A stretch of 64,000 bases of DNA, taken from the NCBI RefSeq assembly GCF_011386835.1, contig NC_088813.1:13578001-13642000 (forward strand), in the 5' to 3' direction. Shown here one piece after another: positions 61,659 to 64,000 of the stretch. The translations under genes and the position numbers were made by a program. The DNA comes from Chrysemys picta bellii (Eukaryota). A model generated the notes under the pieces. It was not told the DNA's origin and ran no database searches. It was given only the letters and a program-made list of their open reading frames with translations. Positions within the stretch are counted from its first letter, which is position 1. Each line of letters starts with the position of its first letter.

Positions 61659-62157
61659 CAGGGCCGGCTCTAGGCACCAGCAAAACAAGCTGGTGCTTGG
61701 GGCGGCACATTTTTAGGGGCGGCATTCTGGCGCGGGCCATGCCGCCCCTAAAAATGTGCCCCGGCCGCCCTAACTCACCTCCACTGCTGCCGCTCGCGCG
61801 CCGCTGCTCACCCTCCCTCCCAGGCTCTCAAACCCGGGAGGGAGGGGGAGATCCCGACCGGCCACGGCGCGCGAAACAGCTGATTCTCGCGCCGCTGCTC
61901 CCCCTCCCTCCCAGGTTTGGGAGCCTGGGAGGGAGGGGGAGACCCCGAGTGGCCACGGTGCACATGCTGCTTCTCCCTCTCCCTCCCTCCCTCCCTCCTA
62001 GGCTTGAGAGCCTGGGGGGAGGAGGCAGGCTGGGGATTTGGGGAAGGGGCGGAGTTGAGGCAGGGCCGGGGGTAGGGTAAGAAAAAAACAGGGGTGGGGG
62101 GGGGGGCGGCCAAAATTGTTTTTGCTTGGGGCGGCAAAAATCCTAGAGCCGGCCCTG
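61659..62157. mobile_element. Young hAT (Tip100-type) MITE
   Basis: Perfect 16-bp TIR cagggccggctctagg/cctagagccggccctg, perfect 8-bp TSD CTTGCACA (61651-61658, 62158-62165), many intact CpGs. Confidence 0.92.
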
Positions 62158-62828
62158 CTTGCACAGACAGTGAGAGACGGGGGATTTGGCATGTCTAGTG
62201 AGACGGACAGACAGTTTAGAGCAACTGGTGCGTTGCGATGGGTTAGAGAATCCCAGATGAAGGAGGTGTGCCTTGGCAGTGCCCTGGCATCCAGCACAGA
62301 GGCTCTTTGATAAGGTGGGAAGCTGGGAGCCTGGAGTACCAGTCGCACTCGTGAGTTTTCATAGCTGGGAACCCCTTGGTAGAAAGCAGTATCTGGCGTT
62401 CAGCCTTACCCCACATGGGAGTCAGTCTGGTCTATGTGAGACTGTCTGAGGCCAGCCCACTTTCTGCATAGCCCTGTGTTCGATTTCATTCCACGATACT
62501 GCCCATCTCTTTCCCATCGCTAAACCTACCCAGCGCAGGACAGCTGAAATGGGCAGATCTGACTTGTCCATTGTCTGCCTTTTGTCTCAGGTGGATGGAT
62601 AGTTGGAGACAGGGGGAAAAGGGCACCAAGGTGGGCTGGGGACGAGAGGATGCAGGGCAGGGGCCACGCAAACCTCTTTCCTCTTTGGCCTAAACGATAG
62701 AACCTGTGCCCTGACGGGCAGGATGATCTGGGTAAGTTGCTCTGTGGGTCAGCTGGGCCAGATGTTCCCTGTGCATTACACGAGGGATTGACCTGGGTCC
62801 CTCCGTTCCTTCTCCTCTCCTCCCATAG

Positions 62829-63203
<375 letters not shown>

Positions 63204-63269
63204 TAGGTCATGATAGCACTGCAGTGCTGTTGGCTGCACAGAGCTAGTCACCCCAGACCTGCCTGATAC

Positions 63270-63400
63270 TCCTTATCACCATATTACAAATGGGAAACCG
63301 AGCCATAGAGCGGTGAAGTGACTTGCCCCAGGCAGTGAGCCAGTGGCAGAGAGAGGATTAGAACCGAGGAGCCTGGTGCTCTAAGCACCAGACTGCCGCC
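63270..63400 (-). mobile_element. MIR-like CORE-SINE fragment
   Basis: catattacaaatgggaaaccgagccatagagcggtgaagtgacttgcccc...ggattagaacc. Confidence 0.6.
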
Positions 63401-63557
63401 TCCCCCGTGCAGTCACGTGAGTTAGAGGTCCCTCCTTCGCTAACCCAGATACTATGAACTAGTGGGCGTGCCCCACATAGAACGCACAGGGCCCCTGGGC
63501 GGCCTGTGGAAGTGTCCTGCAGGATCACTAACGCACCGTGTGGGGAGCAGAGCGTAG

Positions 63558-63743
<186 letters not shown>

Positions 63744-64000
63744 TAGCAAATCCTGTTGAACCTTTTCGCTCTCGCCTCCCTGCTAACGCTTTCCTAAGAG
63801 CCGCTGGCCCGTTGGGAGGTAAGGAATTGCCCAGACAGATGAGGCTGTCCCAGTCCAGTATCCTCTGCCGTGGCCGTCCCCAGCAATAGAAGCCCTGGTC
63901 TGTTCTTCAGCACTGGCTGTACTTTGCTACTGGATCAGTGCCAAGCCCCTGCCTTGCAGGTGTGTCTGATTCTGACCCAGCTGGCCCTTCCTGAGCTAGG

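Overview
Vertebrate genomic DNA, most likely a turtle (inferred from the CR1, Penelope and hAT/Harbinger MITE families present). Four protein-coding genes were reconstructed by hand from splice sites and recalled human orthologues. They are: TSSK3 exon 1 (minus strand, exon 2 lies left of the window); FAM229A (plus, 2 coding exons, 73 aa); a complete 14-exon KPNA6/importin alpha-7 (plus, 539 aa, ~18 kb first intron, probable ~7.6 kb 3' UTR); and the first six coding exons of TXLNA/alpha-taxilin (plus, continues past the right edge). The most interesting non-coding observations are: three Penelope-like remnants whose sequence folds as minimal dimer-type hammerhead ribozymes (one locked inside a 65-bp inverted repeat); a ~300-bp palindromic MITE in the probable KPNA6 3' UTR; an RFX X-box held in a 31-bp-arm hairpin; G-quadruplex-type minisatellites upstream of both housekeeping promoters; a GC-AG intron in TXLNA; and a gene order (FAM229A next to KPNA6) that differs from human. 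No alignments, database searches or folding programs were run. Repeat family names and comparisons with human come from recall and need checking. I found no convincing wholly new protein-coding system.
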